From a virus: a DNA stretch of 50,521 nt. Each line of letters begins with the position of its first letter. Position 1 is the stretch's first letter. The translations under genes and the position numbers were made by a program. The stretch lies in the IMG/VR virus record IMGVR_UViG_3300010383_000013, positions 1-50,521 of that record; one strand, written 5' to 3'. This document shows positions 14,467 through 24,283 of this stretch, one piece after another. The notes under the pieces were generated by a model. It was given only the letters and a program-made list of their open reading frames with translations, was not told the DNA's origin and made no database searches.

Positions 14467-17400
14467 TAGGTGTTCTTCGCCTTCTTCTTCTGCTCGCCGA
14501 GCTGGCGCGCGAGGTCCTTGACCGAGACGTTGATGTTGACCAGGTCGGGGTGCAGCCTCTGCGCGGTCGTCGCGCCCCCGGCCTCGGCGCCGGCGCGGAC
14601 CTGCTCCCCGAGGACCGCCTGGGTGGCCTCGAGGACCGCGAGGGTGCCGTTCAGGTCGCTGATCGCCGCGGTGGTCTGGGTGACCATGTCCTGCAGGGCC
14701 GCCTGCTGGGCGCCGTAGACGCTCTGGGTGGCCATCGCCGCGACCGAGGCGGCGCGGTCCTCCCGGGTGGCGAACAGCTTCTCGTACTCGTCGATCTGCG
14801 CCGCGGACAGCTGCGCGAGCTCCTCGGCTGTGACGACATCCCCGGACGCGGCGAGCTGCTGGTACAGGCCGCCGTACTGGCCGGTGGTGTCCAGGCCCTT
14901 CCCGGCGAGCGTCTGCAGCGCCGCGGCCATCCGGTCGGCCGCGTCGATGTCGGTCTCGAGGGTGTCGCGCAGGGCCTGCAGCCCAGTGACCTGGACCTCC
15001 TGGTCGGCGGTCTCCGCGTCCGCCTTCGCCTGCAGCTGCTTGATCTGGGCGACCAGCTGCGCCGCTCGGCGCGCCGCCTCGATCGAGTCCCCGGTCGCGG
15101 AGCTGCGGATCGCGGCGAGTTCGGTCTGGGCGGCCAGCAGCGCTGCCGTGGCGGGTCCGGCGGCGCCGGCGATGGTCGCCGTGTGGGCGCCGTTGAACGG
15201 GTTGTTGAGGAAGTTCCCGGCGACCGAGTCGGCGTACGCCGCCATCGTGGAGTTCAGGGCGTCGAGCTGCGACTGCTGCTCCTGCAGGACCTCCTGCAGG
15301 GCGTCGCGGCGCTGGGTCTCGGTCTCGATCGCCGCGAGGTTGGCGTCGTACTGCTTCGCCGCCTTGCGGGTCTCCTTCGCCCACTCCCGCATCTCCTTGG
15401 TCCACTCGCCGCCGGCGGCCAGCCACTGGTCGCGGAAGTCGGCGATGACGTCGCGGACCTGGTCGTGGGTGGACTGTGGGGCGGCGGGGAAGATGGAGTC
15501 GAACAGACCGCCCATGGACGCCTTGAGGTCTCGGCGCTCCTGCCGCTGCTCGCGGGCCTTCTCCCGCGCCGCGGCGGCGGCCTCGCGCTCGTCGGCGTGC
15601 TTGGCGCGCTGCAGGTCCCGGCGGGCCGCCTCCAGCTGCAGTTCGAGGACCTGCCGGTCGATGCCGCGGACCTCGTACTCGCCCTTGTGGGGGCCCTTCT
15701 TAACGCGGGAGTTGAGGTCGTGCTGCATGTCGCGGATCTGCTGCAGCAGCTGCGCGATCCCGAGCCGGTCGTCGAGGGTGAACACCTCGCCGCCGGCCGC
15801 GTACCCAGGCAGTCCGACTGGGCCGCCCTCGGCGTACCCGCGCAGCGCGTGGTGGAGGGTGGACAGCAGGTTGAGGTTGCCGTCGGTGGCCTCCTTGGAG
15901 AACACGAACTCGCCGCGGTGCACGACGCCGGCCGGCTCGTACTTCCCACCGCGGCCGGTGAATCCGCCGCCGGCGTACCCGGATCCGGCGTTCGCCATCA
16001 CGTCGGGCAGCTTCCCCGTGTGGGTGTACACCGTGTTGACGACCGTCTCCGCGCGCTTCCCGTCGAGGTTCGCGAGCATCCGGGCGACCTGGTCCATCGC
16101 GGACATGGCCTGGTGGGTGTCGGCCTGCACGATCGTCTTCACGATGTCGGGTGTGAGGCCGAGGACCTTCAGGTAGTCCCGCATGTCGCCCTCGGAGATC
16201 CCGGCCGCTTTCCCGGCCGCGATCAGGGCGTCCCGCTGCTCCAGGAACGACTTCCGCAGCCGGCCGGTCGACCAGCCAGCGTTCGCCTCGGCGACCAGCA
16301 GGTCCTTCATGTCGCCGACCCGGTCGCGGATCGCCGCGCGGTTCTTGATCGCCGCGTCGCTGTTGCCACTCAGCGTCTTGTTGTTCTTGTCGAGGTCATC
16401 GTTGAGGTGCCGCAGCGCGGTCGTCCACGCGTCGGTGGCCTCCGACAGTCCCAGCTGGGGGCCGAGGACGGCGTCGAGGGCGTCGCCGAGGGCCTTGGCC
16501 TTGTCAGCGGTCGTCTCCAGGTCCGAGCCCAGGTTGTCGATCGCGCCGCCGAGGGCGTCGACGCGCGCGGCGTTGGAGTCGCTGTACGCCAACGCCGCGT
16601 TGATCTCCTCGGCGGCCTTGATCGCCTCCGGGGACCCGGGCTTCATGTCCATCAGCTGGGCCCACGAGTAGCCGAGGTCCTCCAGCACCGGCTGGACCTG
16701 GGCGGCGATCCGGCCGAGGTCCTCGAGGTTGCCGTAGGGGAGGTTCTGGATGCCGTTGTCGGCGGACCGGATGAAGTCGTTGTTCGCGGTCGCGACGCCC
16801 TGCAGCACACCGGTGAGGTTGGTCAGCTGGCCGACCGCCTCGTCGCTGGCCTGGTTCAGGTCGGTCAGGCCGGTGCCGAGGAGGTCGGCCCAGCCCTGGA
16901 CGGAGTCGCCGAGGAAGTCCCCGACGCCGGACAGGTGGGACAGGTCGTCGTTGAGGCCGGCGGTCTTCGACTGGAGCGCCTCGAACGACGCGACGACGCG
17001 GGCGAAGTCGGTCTGGTCGAGGCTGTCGTTGAAGTCGTCGATGGCGCCGCTGGCGTCGGCGGAGGCGGCGCGGAAGTCGCGGATCAGGCCGATGCCGCCG
17101 CCGATCGCGGCACCCCACGGGCCGGCGATCATGCCCATCAGGGCATACGAGGCGGTGTTGGCCAGCCCCATCCCATCGGCCAGGTCGGACGACGCCAGCG
17201 CGAGCCCGCCGAGCAGAGCCCCGCCCCGGATCGCCGCGGTGCCGAGGCTGGACCGGACCCGCGAGGACGCAGCCTGGACGCGGGCGAGCTCCCGCTCGGT
17301 GGTCGCGCCGGCCGTCCGCGACGTGGTCGCCATGATCCCGAGGTCGGAGATGAAGCCTCGGACACCGGAGCGGGTGACCAGATCGGACCCGACCCGGGAG

Positions 17401-18716
17401 ATCTCCGGGCGCAGGGTCGCGAGCGCGGTCCGGGTGTCGGTGACCCCGCGGACCACCTTCGCGCCGAACCACAGGCCCCCGCCGAGCACGGCCGTGAGGG
17501 CCAGCGCCCCGTTGAAGATGTCGTGGATCGGACCCGGCAGCGACCCGTAGGCGTCCGCGACCGTCCCCACCGCGGACGCGATGTCGGCGACCACCGGCAG
17601 GATCGCCGCACCGCCCTCGATGGCGGCGTCCTTGATCTGGTTCCACGCAACCTGCACCTGCGACGCCGTCGTCGCCGCACGCTTCTCGTACTCGGTGGTC
17701 AGCGCGGTGTTCTTCTCCCACGCCGAGGACGACTGGTCCAGCGCCGTGGTGAGCGTGTCCCCAGCACCCGCGAGACGGAGCATCACCTGCAGGTTCTGGG
17801 TGCCCTTGATCCCCATGTCCGCGAGCACCGTCGCGACGTCGCCGCCCTTGCCCTGGACCTTCCCCAGCCCCTGCAGCAGCATGTCCAGCGCCCGGACCGG
17901 GGACTGCATCCACGCCCGAGCGAACTCCTCCGCCGACGTACCCGCCACGTCGGCGTACTGCTGGACGACGTCGGAGCCCGAACGCACGTTGGTGTTGATC
18001 CCAACCAGCACCCGCTGCATCGCGCCGCCGCCGAGCTCGGACTGGATCCCGAGGTTCGCCATCGCAGCCGCCAGACCCAGGACGTCGGCCTCGGAGGCGC
18101 CGATCAGCTTCCCGGACCCGGCGAGCCGCTGCGCCATGCTGGTGATCTGCGACTCGGTCGACGCGCCCTTGTTGCCGAGCGCGACGATCGTGTTCCCGAT
18201 CTCGTCGACCTCGCCCGGGACGGTCTGCATCACGTTCATGAACTGCGCGATGCTGGTCGCGGCCTCGTCAGCCGTCAGGTTCGTCGCCGAACCCATCTCC
18301 ACCATGACCTTGGTGAAGTCGGCGACGTCGTCGGTGGCCACACCGAGCTGGCCGGCCGCCTCCGCGGTGGCCGCGATCTCCTGGTGCGAGGCGGGCATGG
18401 ACCGGGCCAGGCCACGGAGGTCGCCCTCGAGCTGGGTGAGCTGGTCGCTGGTGCCGGAGACGGTCTTGGAGACGCCGGCCCACTCGGACTCCCAGTCCAT
18501 GGCGGCCTTGCCCATGGCGGCGAGCCCGCCGGCGGCCAGGAGCCCCAGCTTCCCGGCCTTCGAACCGAGGGTGTCGACGGCCTGGGACTGCCGCATCGTG
18601 GCGGCCTCGGCGGGCCGCATCGCCGAAGCGGTGAGCCGGCCAGCGGCCTGCATCTGCGCGATGTACTGGGCGGTCTCGGCGGTGAGGCGTACGACGACGG
18701 AGCGCGCTTCGGTCAC
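14466..18716 (-). CDS. Tail tape measure protein
   Basis: 1416 aa. It has a TP901-type core (WAGVSKTVSGT...IAATAEAAGQLGV...MVEMGSATNLTADEAA), TM/Gly-rich segments and long coiled coils. A GGAGGTG Shine-Dalgarno precedes the start. Confidence 0.95.
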   Translation of the reverse strand: MTEARSVVVRLTAETAQYIAQMQAAGRLTASAMRPAEAATMRQSQAVDTLGSKAGKLGLLAAGGLAAMGKAAMDWESEWAGVSKTVSGTSDQLTQLEGDLRGLARSMPASHQEIAATAEAAGQLGVATDDVADFTKVMVEMGSATNLTADEAATSIAQFMNVMQTVPGEVDEIGNTIVALGNKGASTESQITSMAQRLAGSGKLIGASEADVLGLAAAMANLGIQSELGGGAMQRVLVGINTNVRSGSDVVQQYADVAGTSAEEFARAWMQSPVRALDMLLQGLGKVQGKGGDVATVLADMGIKGTQNLQVMLRLAGAGDTLTTALDQSSSAWEKNTALTTEYEKRAATTASQVQVAWNQIKDAAIEGGAAILPVVADIASAVGTVADAYGSLPGPIHDIFNGALALTAVLGGGLWFGAKVVRGVTDTRTALATLRPEISRVGSDLVTRSGVRGFISDLGIMATTSRTAGATTERELARVQAASSRVRSSLGTAAIRGGALLGGLALASSDLADGMGLANTASYALMGMIAGPWGAAIGGGIGLIRDFRAASADASGAIDDFNDSLDQTDFARVVASFEALQSKTAGLNDDLSHLSGVGDFLGDSVQGWADLLGTGLTDLNQASDEAVGQLTNLTGVLQGVATANNDFIRSADNGIQNLPYGNLEDLGRIAAQVQPVLEDLGYSWAQLMDMKPGSPEAIKAAEEINAALAYSDSNAARVDALGGAIDNLGSDLETTADKAKALGDALDAVLGPQLGLSEATDAWTTALRHLNDDLDKNNKTLSGNSDAAIKNRAAIRDRVGDMKDLLVAEANAGWSTGRLRKSFLEQRDALIAAGKAAGISEGDMRDYLKVLGLTPDIVKTIVQADTHQAMSAMDQVARMLANLDGKRAETVVNTVYTHTGKLPDVMANAGSGYAGGGFTGRGGKYEPAGVVHRGEFVFSKEATDGNLNLLSTLHHALRGYAEGGPVGLPGYAAGGEVFTLDDRLGIAQLLQQIRDMQHDLNSRVKKGPHKGEYEVRGIDRQVLELQLEAARRDLQRAKHADEREAAAAAREKAREQRQERRDLKASMGGLFDSIFPAAPQSTHDQVRDVIADFRDQWLAAGGEWTKEMREWAKETRKAAKQYDANLAAIETETQRRDALQEVLQEQQSQLDALNSTMAAYADSVAGNFLNNPFNGAHTATIAGAAGPATAALLAAQTELAAIRSSATGDSIEAARRAAQLVAQIKQLQAKADAETADQEVQVTGLQALRDTLETDIDAADRMAAALQTLAGKGLDTTGQYGGLYQQLAASGDVVTAEELAQLSAAQIDEYEKLFATREDRAASVAAMATQSVYGAQQAALQDMVTQTTAAISDLNGTLAVLEATQAVLGEQVRAGAEAGGATTAQRLHPDLVNINVSVKDLARQLGEQKKKAKNT

Positions 18717-18782
18717 CGTTGCACCTCCAGACGTCGGGTCCGCCCGGTCGTGCCGGGATCGTGTGGAGGGCAGCCGGTGCCG

Positions 18783-19891
18783 CTACTCGAGCTTGGTGAC
18801 GGTGCTGTCGAGGGAGAACGGCGTCAGCGGCTTGTCGGGCGGCCAGGTGTTCCGCACGAGCTTGTGCGTCACCTGCTCGCCCTTCCGGACGGTGCAGACC
18901 TCACACACGTACTCGTCGACCTGCCACCAGCCGTTGAGGTCGGAGTGCCAGGCGACCTCGATCGGGAACCCGCACACGCAGTTCCCCTGCCGCGAATGCT
19001 TCGACTGCTCCTCAGCCGCGGCCAGCCCCATCAGCAGCGCCTGGTCGGCCGGCGTGTACTCCGCCGACTGGAACGACGACGTCACCCGCTCGGGGTGCTC
19101 GGGGTCCTCGTACAGGTACGTCGTCTCGATGCGCCGCAGCCCGGCGAAGACCGTCGGCGCGACCTGCGCGGACCGCGCCGCAGCGACGATCCGGCGGGCT
19201 ACTGCTGCTTCAGGCCGGCCCAGGAGGCGGGCAATTTTGGGACGTCCGCCCCGCCCTTGGTGCACACGGCGTGCGCGGTGCGGACCAGCTCGCCCATCGC
19301 GCGAGACCCGAGCTGCTGGCGGAGCTTGCGGACGTCGTCGACCGACAGCTTCGGGCCGTGCTTCGACGCGATCGAGCACTCGGCGACCAGCAGCGTGTTG
19401 TACTCGGACAGGTCCGGGTCCTCGCCGTCGCTGCGGCGCTTCGGCTTGTGGAGGCGGTTGAAGTCGGCGAGCTCGTCGGTGGTCAGGCCGCGGAACAGCG
19501 GGAACCACATGCTGTTCGCCATCTCGCCGGCGACCTGCTTGCGGCGCGCGAGGAGCTCCTGTACGCGCGCGGCCTTCGAGACCTCGCCGCCGGAGCGCTC
19601 GTCGTCGTCGAGAACGTTGCCCTGGGCGTCGACGAGGGTGGCGAGTTCGGCGAGGATCTGGGCGTGCTCGGCCTCGAGGTCGGCGCGCAGGCAGACTCGG
19701 GCGTACAGCTCGGGGGTCTTGGCGGTGGCGAGGATCTCGTCGATGGTCCACGGGCGGGCGCCGGCGTCGGGCTCGATCGGGGCGGCCGAGTGTCCGGTGG
19801 GGTCGCCGAAGGGGGTCATGGTGGGCGACGGGGCGGCGGCCGGGGCGCCGGGGTCTGCGGCCGGGCCGCCGAGGGACTGGTCGGTGTTCAT
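18783..19891 (-). CDS. Tail assembly chaperone GT (programmed -1 frameshift product)
   Basis: The -1 frame is open from the slippery site (19234-19240) to 18783. This is the canonical G/GT arrangement upstream of the tape measure. Confidence 0.8.
19199..19891 (-). CDS. Tail assembly chaperone G
   Basis: 230 aa, located between the major tail and tape measure genes. It ends 33 nt after a CCCAAAA slippery heptamer. Confidence 0.85.
   Translation of the reverse strand: MNTDQSLGGPAADPGAPAAAPSPTMTPFGDPTGHSAAPIEPDAGARPWTIDEILATAKTPELYARVCLRADLEAEHAQILAELATLVDAQGNVLDDDERSGGEVSKAARVQELLARRKQVAGEMANSMWFPLFRGLTTDELADFNRLHKPKRRSDGEDPDLSEYNTLLVAECSIASKHGPKLSVDDVRKLRQQLGSRAMGELVRTAHAVCTKGGADVPKLPASWAGLKQQ
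19234..19240 (-). promoter_or_regulatory. -1 ribosomal frameshift slippery heptamer C_CCA_AAA
   Basis: Minus-sense sequence GTC CCA AAA TTG has the X_XXY_YYZ pattern. The shifted reading is GGRPKIARLL.... Confidence 0.8.
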
Positions 19892-19956
19892 CGGGTGTCT
19901 CCTGTCGAGGGGGTCGAGGTGTCGAGGAGTGGGCGTCGAGGTGGTGTGGAAGTTCA

Positions 19957-19993
19957 GGGGTGGCGGGCGCCCTCGACAAACGCCCGCCACCCC
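19957..19993 (-). terminator. Perfect 13-bp GC stem-loop downstream of the major tail gene
   Basis: GGGGTGGCGGGCG (19957-19969) pairs with CGCCCGCCACCCC (19981-19993) around an 11-nt loop. No U-tract follows it. Confidence 0.5.
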
Positions 19994-20013
19994 GCTCGAG
20001 AAGCGGCCTGGGG

Positions 20014-20520
20014 TCAGGCCGCGACGGTGCCCTCCCAGCCGGCCTGCGGCTCGAACGGCACCCGCCGCTTCACGTAGCCGCCGGCGTTCTGCGGGCGCTG
20101 CGGGCGGTCGGTCAGCAGCTCCATGCCGAGGAACTCATCGGTGGCCGTCCAGGCCGCGGTGGAGAGCTGGCCGTCCTCGCGGAGGTAGCCCCACACCGTG
20201 GTGCCCTTCTCCTTCACGGCCTGGAAGCCCTCGTCCTCGGTCAGGTCGACCTTGCCGGTGGCGTCGTCGAAGTACCGGAAGAACGTCGCGCCGGCCTGGA
20301 AGTTGTCGGCGCCGATCGCGTTGGCGTTGTTCGTGGTGCACAGCGCCTTCTCGTTGACCTTGTCGGAGTCGGCGGCCGAGAACGTGAAGTCGGAGGCGAG
20401 CACCGCGCACGAGACGTCGATGCCGGCCTCGAGCTCGGCGACCGTGGGGGCGGCCGGGTTGGCCGGCTTGGTGGTGAGGATCGTGAACTTGAGGTGGCCG
20501 TCGGCCAGGCTCTTGGGCAT
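20014..20520 (-). CDS. Major tail (tube) protein
   Basis: 168 aa, located directly upstream of the G/GT pair. The composition is beta-rich, and a strong hairpin follows the gene. Confidence 0.8.
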   Translation of the reverse strand: MPKSLADGHLKFTILTTKPANPAAPTVAELEAGIDVSCAVLASDFTFSAADSDKVNEKALCTTNNANAIGADNFQAGATFFRYFDDATGKVDLTEDEGFQAVKEKGTTVWGYLREDGQLSTAAWTATDEFLGMELLTDRPQRPQNAGGYVKRRVPFEPQAGWEGTVAA

Positions 20521-20524
20521 GGGT

Positions 20525-20827
20525 CTACTCCTTCGGCTCGGCGGCCGGGTCGGGGTGATCGGTGCCGTCGGGCTCGGCGTCACCGGTGGTGCTGGTGTCG
20601 AGGGCCGGCTCCTCGGGCTCCACCTGGGTGGCGGGGTCCGTGGCGTCGGTGTCGGTGGGCTCGGCGTCAGCCGGGTCGGCGGTCTCCGCGGCGCGGCGCT
20701 GCTTGGCCGCGGCCTTCGGGGTCAGCCGGAACGGGGCGCCGAGGGTGGGGTGGTCGAGCCAGTGCCGCGGGATCCGCTGCTTCTCGCCGGTCGCGATGAC
20801 ATAGGCGTCGACGAAGTTGTCGTCCAT
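20525..20827 (-). CDS. Hypothetical protein with acidic Pro/Thr/Asp-rich tail
   Basis: 100 aa. An AGGAGA Shine-Dalgarno precedes the ATG at 20827. Confidence 0.55.
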   Translation of the reverse strand: MDDNFVDAYVIATGEKQRIPRHWLDHPTLGAPFRLTPKAAAKQRRAAETADPADAEPTDTDATDPATQVEPEEPALDTSTTGDAEPDGTDHPDPAAEPKE

Positions 20828-20879
20828 CGGGTTCTCCTGGGGTGCGATGACGAGCGCCCCGGGGCGGTCCCGGGGAGGG

Positions 20880-21401
20880 TCAGGTATGCGCGGCGAGCCG
20901 GTACTGCAGCGGCGCGAACCACCGCGTCGGCGGGGAGCTGTGGTCGGGCAGCAGGGGCGGCCGGTAGCCGGGCTGCGGGATGATCGGGCCGCACTTCCAG
21001 CCGCCGCCGACGATCGGCACCCAGCCGCCGGGCGGGTAGAGGAGCGCGTTGATCCGGTCGACCAGGGCGAGCACGTCTTGCACGTCACCGCCGGCGGCGC
21101 GGACCGTGAACGGGTCGTCGATGTCCCGGAACGCGTCGACCGGGCCGGCGGCCGATGCCTCTCCCTCGTGGGGGCCGCCGATGCCGGGCTCGAGGATGAA
21201 GTACGGCTGCACCCGCAGGTCCTTCGCGGACTTCGTCGGCGGCTCCGACGGGGTGTCCTCGACGCCGGGCAGCGCGTTCCTCGCGCCGACCTGCCCCAGG
21301 TAGCCGGTCGCGTACGTGACCCCAGTCAGGCGGGCCGCGACCGCGAGGATCAGGGTCCGCCGCGGCGAGGTCTCAGCGGTCGGCTCGGCGGGGATCGGCA
21401 C
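20880..21401 (-). CDS. Tail terminator / neck protein (by position)
   Basis: 173 aa, abutting the gp10-like gene stop. It occupies the position between the head-tail joining genes and the major tail gene. Confidence 0.55.
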   Translation of the reverse strand: MPIPAEPTAETSPRRTLILAVAARLTGVTYATGYLGQVGARNALPGVEDTPSEPPTKSAKDLRVQPYFILEPGIGGPHEGEASAAGPVDAFRDIDDPFTVRAAGGDVQDVLALVDRINALLYPPGGWVPIVGGGWKCGPIIPQPGYRPPLLPDHSSPPTRWFAPLQYRLAAHT

Positions 21402-21749
21402 TCAGATCGCCGCCTCAGCCAGCGACCCGAGCGCGTCGACGTACTCCGGCACGCGCCGCTCGAACGCCGGCGCCATGTACGGCTGACCGGCCATCTTCGA
21501 GGTGCCGAGCTCGACGTAGATGCCGTAGTCGGCGGTCGGGCCGATCTCGGCCGTCATCCCCTCGACCGTGGTGGAGATGGAGTTCATCAGGTTCCCGGTG
21601 TCGACCGGGCACAGGATCTGCGCGTCGCCCTGGATGGCGTACGCGGTGCGGCCGAGGGCCGTGGCGGCGCCGGCCTGCACGGTCGGGCCAGCGGCGTTCA
21701 GGCGCACGCCGAGGGCGGCGAGCTGGGAGAGGTCGAGGTGCACACCCAT
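21402..21749 (-). CDS. HK97 gp10-family head-tail joining protein
   Basis: 115 aa. CPVDTGNLMNSI...YVELGTSKMAGQPYMAPA matches the gp10-family VDTG.L..S signature. Confidence 0.8.
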   Translation of the reverse strand: MGVHLDLSQLAALGVRLNAAGPTVQAGAATALGRTAYAIQGDAQILCPVDTGNLMNSISTTVEGMTAEIGPTADYGIYVELGTSKMAGQPYMAPAFERRVPEYVDALGSLAEAAI

Positions 21750-21806
21750 GACTGGTCACCGCCCCTCAGATCAGGTCGGATTTCGTGCAACGGGACCGGG
21801 CGCCGG

Positions 21807-22244
21807 TCAGTCGGTGAGCGCGCAGTACAGGTCGCGCTCGAACCGCAGCGACCCGGCCGTGACCGCGGCGACCAGCAGCGACCGGCCGACCAGGTGGGCG
21901 TCGTCGACCTCGGTCACGGTGGCCAGGTCGTCGATCGCCGCATCGACGCCGGCGGGGACGACCACGAGGTACCGCAGGGACACCTCGTGGTCCCCGACCG
22001 TCACGGACGTCTGGTCGCGGGTCGCGAGCTCCTGGATCCGCGCGGGCCCGGTCCAGTACGGCGGGTTGGGGACCTCGACGTTCTGCTGGACGGCGTCGGA
22101 CCAGTCCTGCGTGGTGCCGGGGTGGGAGAGCTCGACGGTCGCGCCGACCATGGTCTTCTCGACCGTCGGCCGGTGCGAGGCCGCCCACCCGGCAGGGATG
22201 ACCTCCGTGCCCGGGCGGCCGTACGCGCGCGTCGGTCGAGGCAT
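21807..22244 (-). CDS. Head closure / head-tail connector protein (by position)
   Basis: 145 aa within the connector gene block. Confidence 0.55.
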   Translation of the reverse strand: MPRPTRAYGRPGTEVIPAGWAASHRPTVEKTMVGATVELSHPGTTQDWSDAVQQNVEVPNPPYWTGPARIQELATRDQTSVTVGDHEVSLRYLVVVPAGVDAAIDDLATVTEVDDAHLVGRSLLVAAVTAGSLRFERDLYCALTD

Positions 22245-22255
22245 CGGCGTCGGGC

Positions 22256-22588
22256 TCAGATCTTGAGCGCGGCGACCGTCACCGACGTCACCGAGCTGTA
22301 CCCGATGTGCACGAGCCGGTCGGTAGCGCGGTCCTCGAGGAAGTCCGAGAGCGGGCCGATGATCTTCGACGCCCCGGCCGCGACCGCGATCACGACATCG
22401 GGCTCGTCCTGCCCGGCGCGGGTCTTGCCGGGCACGGTGACGGTGACGTTGATCGACGAGCCGCCGCCGTTGGTGACGAGGACCGCGACGTTCTCGGAGC
22501 CGTCGAGGGTGTCGCCGCCGCCGGAGGCGGCCGCCATGGTGACGACGGCGCCGGCGAGCTGGGCCTGGACAGGGGTGAGCTTGGCCAT
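22256..22588 (-). CDS. Hypothetical structural protein
   Basis: 110 aa. An AAGGAGG Shine-Dalgarno precedes the ATG at 22588. Confidence 0.6.
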   Translation of the reverse strand: MAKLTPVQAQLAGAVVTMAAASGGGDTLDGSENVAVLVTNGGGSSINVTVTVPGKTRAGQDEPDVVIAVAAGASKIIGPLSDFLEDRATDRLVHIGYSSVTSVTVAALKI

Positions 22589-22626
22589 GGCGGCCTCCTT
22601 GCAGGTGTCGGGAGACCGCGGGGCGG

Positions 22627-23052
22627 TCAGGCGTAGGGGGAGTAGCCGGGGGCCGGCCACTCGGTGAGCTCGGGGGGCCGGCAGGAGCGTCGGACGGGAC
22701 TGACGAGGGTGAACGCGCCGTCGTCGGCGTCGGCGGTGGCCTCGTCGCGGTCGGCCTGCGCGCGCAGCGAGTCGGCGTGCTTCCGCATCGCGTCCGCGAG
22801 CTTCGCGCCGTCGGTGGTCAGGTCCTGGGTGCGGAGCACCTTCGAGGCGAGGGCCTCGTTGGTGGCGTTGGAGTCGATCGCCTGCGCGGCCGCGCGCTTG
22901 ACGGAGCCACCCTCGAGGTCGAGGAACGCCTGGATCTCAGCGTCGGAGAACACCGCGGCGGCGGTGTCGCCCTCGCCGGTGGGGATGTCGTTGAGGAGGA
23001 GTCGGACACGGCCGGGGTCGGTGGCCAGGTCGTACGTGTACGTATCAGCCAC
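22627..23052 (-). CDS. Head-tail adaptor (gp6-like position)
   Basis: 141 aa, the first gene after the major capsid gene. GAAGGGAG Shine-Dalgarno with a GTG start. Confidence 0.6.
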   Translation of the reverse strand: MADTYTYDLATDPGRVRLLLNDIPTGEGDTAAAVFSDAEIQAFLDLEGGSVKRAAAQAIDSNATNEALASKVLRTQDLTTDGAKLADAMRKHADSLRAQADRDEATADADDGAFTLVSPVRRSCRPPELTEWPAPGYSPYA

Positions 23053-23090
23053 GGCGCGCTCCCTTCGTCGAGGTGGTGGCCGGCGGGCGA

Positions 23091-23110
23091 GGCGGGGTCT
23101 CCACCCCGCC
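23091..23110 (-). terminator. Short GC hairpin after the major capsid gene
   Basis: GGCGGGGT-ctcc-ACCCCGCC in the 86-bp gap downstream of the capsid gene. Confidence 0.35.
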
Positions 23111-23138
23111 CACCGGCAGGCTCATCTGCAGAAGCGCG

Positions 23139-24272
23139 TCAGGAGCCGTTGGAGACGTACGTGAACGTCGGGTCGCCGGTCTGGTGACCCAGCACGTGCC
23201 GACCGCGGTACTGGATGTCGTCGGCCTCGAAGGACCCCTCGAGCGGGGACACCTCGCCGCCGCCGATCCGGTTGCCGCCGGAGACCTTGACCCGCAGGTC
23301 CGGGGTCTCGTGGCCGCGCAGGAACGCCGCCCACACGGCCGGCCGGCCGCTGTTCGGCTTCGGGAGCACGAACCAGGTGGTCAGCGCCTTCGACCCGGTG
23401 TTGTAGTAGTCGAGCATCGGCTCGACCACGTAGTCGACGTTCACGAAGTTGTCGAACTCGTACTCGTCCGACCCCGACGTGCGGCGGATCGTGCGGATCG
23501 CGAGGATCCGCTGGATCGTCCGCTCCAGCGCCTTCGGCACGACCACGACCAGGTCGGGGCTGGCCACGACCTTGCCGGAGATCGCGGACTTCTTCGCCGC
23601 CATCGCGTTGAGCGCGGCGTCGAGGTTGTCCAGGGTCAGCGGGAGCGCGGCGGGGGCGTTGCCGTTGCCGGACTTGAAGAACGACGTGTTCACGCCGTTG
23701 CGGTTCGAGGCGATCAGGTTCGAGACCGCGTTGATGGCCTCGCTCTCGCGGGCCTGCCGGGCGAGCACGCCCGGGAGGTCCTCGAGCTCCTGGATCGCCT
23801 CGTTGTTGATCCACGACTCCCACGAGAGCGCGAACCGGCGACCCATCTTCACCACGGAGATGGAGTTGACGGCCTTGCCGCGGGAGTCCTCGGCCGGGTA
23901 CTCGGTCAGCTCGGGGACCGGCTCGAACCCGACGGTGTTCCGCCACTTGTCGAGCAGCCGCTTCGGGCGGAAGTCGTTGACCGTGGTGACGGTCGTGTAG
24001 TCCCGCCACACGGAGGGCAGCTCGTCGTACTGCGACTGCATCTCGGTGTCGATCGCGGCGAACGCAGCCAGCGTGAAGTCGCTGGTGGAGAACGCCTCGG
24101 CGAGGACCTTGTCGGCGCCCCACTTGCCGCGGAACGCGTTGTCCATCAGCGTCATCGCCTTGTCCATCAGGGACTCGGAGATGCGGTAGTTGCGCGGGGA
24201 GACGGTGCCCGCGAACTCGGTGTCGGTGCCCGCCTCGACAGCGGCGTCACCGTGGAGGATCTCGATGGTCAT
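23139..24272 (-). CDS. Major capsid protein
   Basis: 377 aa, positioned after the protease/scaffold and decoration genes. The size and position are typical of HK97-fold capsid proteins. Confidence 0.85.
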   Translation of the reverse strand: MTIEILHGDAAVEAGTDTEFAGTVSPRNYRISESLMDKAMTLMDNAFRGKWGADKVLAEAFSTSDFTLAAFAAIDTEMQSQYDELPSVWRDYTTVTTVNDFRPKRLLDKWRNTVGFEPVPELTEYPAEDSRGKAVNSISVVKMGRRFALSWESWINNEAIQELEDLPGVLARQARESEAINAVSNLIASNRNGVNTSFFKSGNGNAPAALPLTLDNLDAALNAMAAKKSAISGKVVASPDLVVVVPKALERTIQRILAIRTIRRTSGSDEYEFDNFVNVDYVVEPMLDYYNTGSKALTTWFVLPKPNSGRPAVWAAFLRGHETPDLRVKVSGGNRIGGGEVSPLEGSFEADDIQYRGRHVLGHQTGDPTFTYVSNGS

Positions 24273-24283
24273 GTCCTGGCCTC

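Noticed and set aside
14550-20357. 1935-aa plus-strand ORF. Similar long plus-strand ORFs occur at 11959..14469, 20817..22667, 31163..33280, 37039..38088, 38176..39651 and 43645..45780.
   Set aside because: They run antisense to clearly recognisable structural and replication genes. They are Arg/Gly/Pro/Val-rich with no motifs, which is the typical stop-poor shadow frame of a ~70% GC genome.
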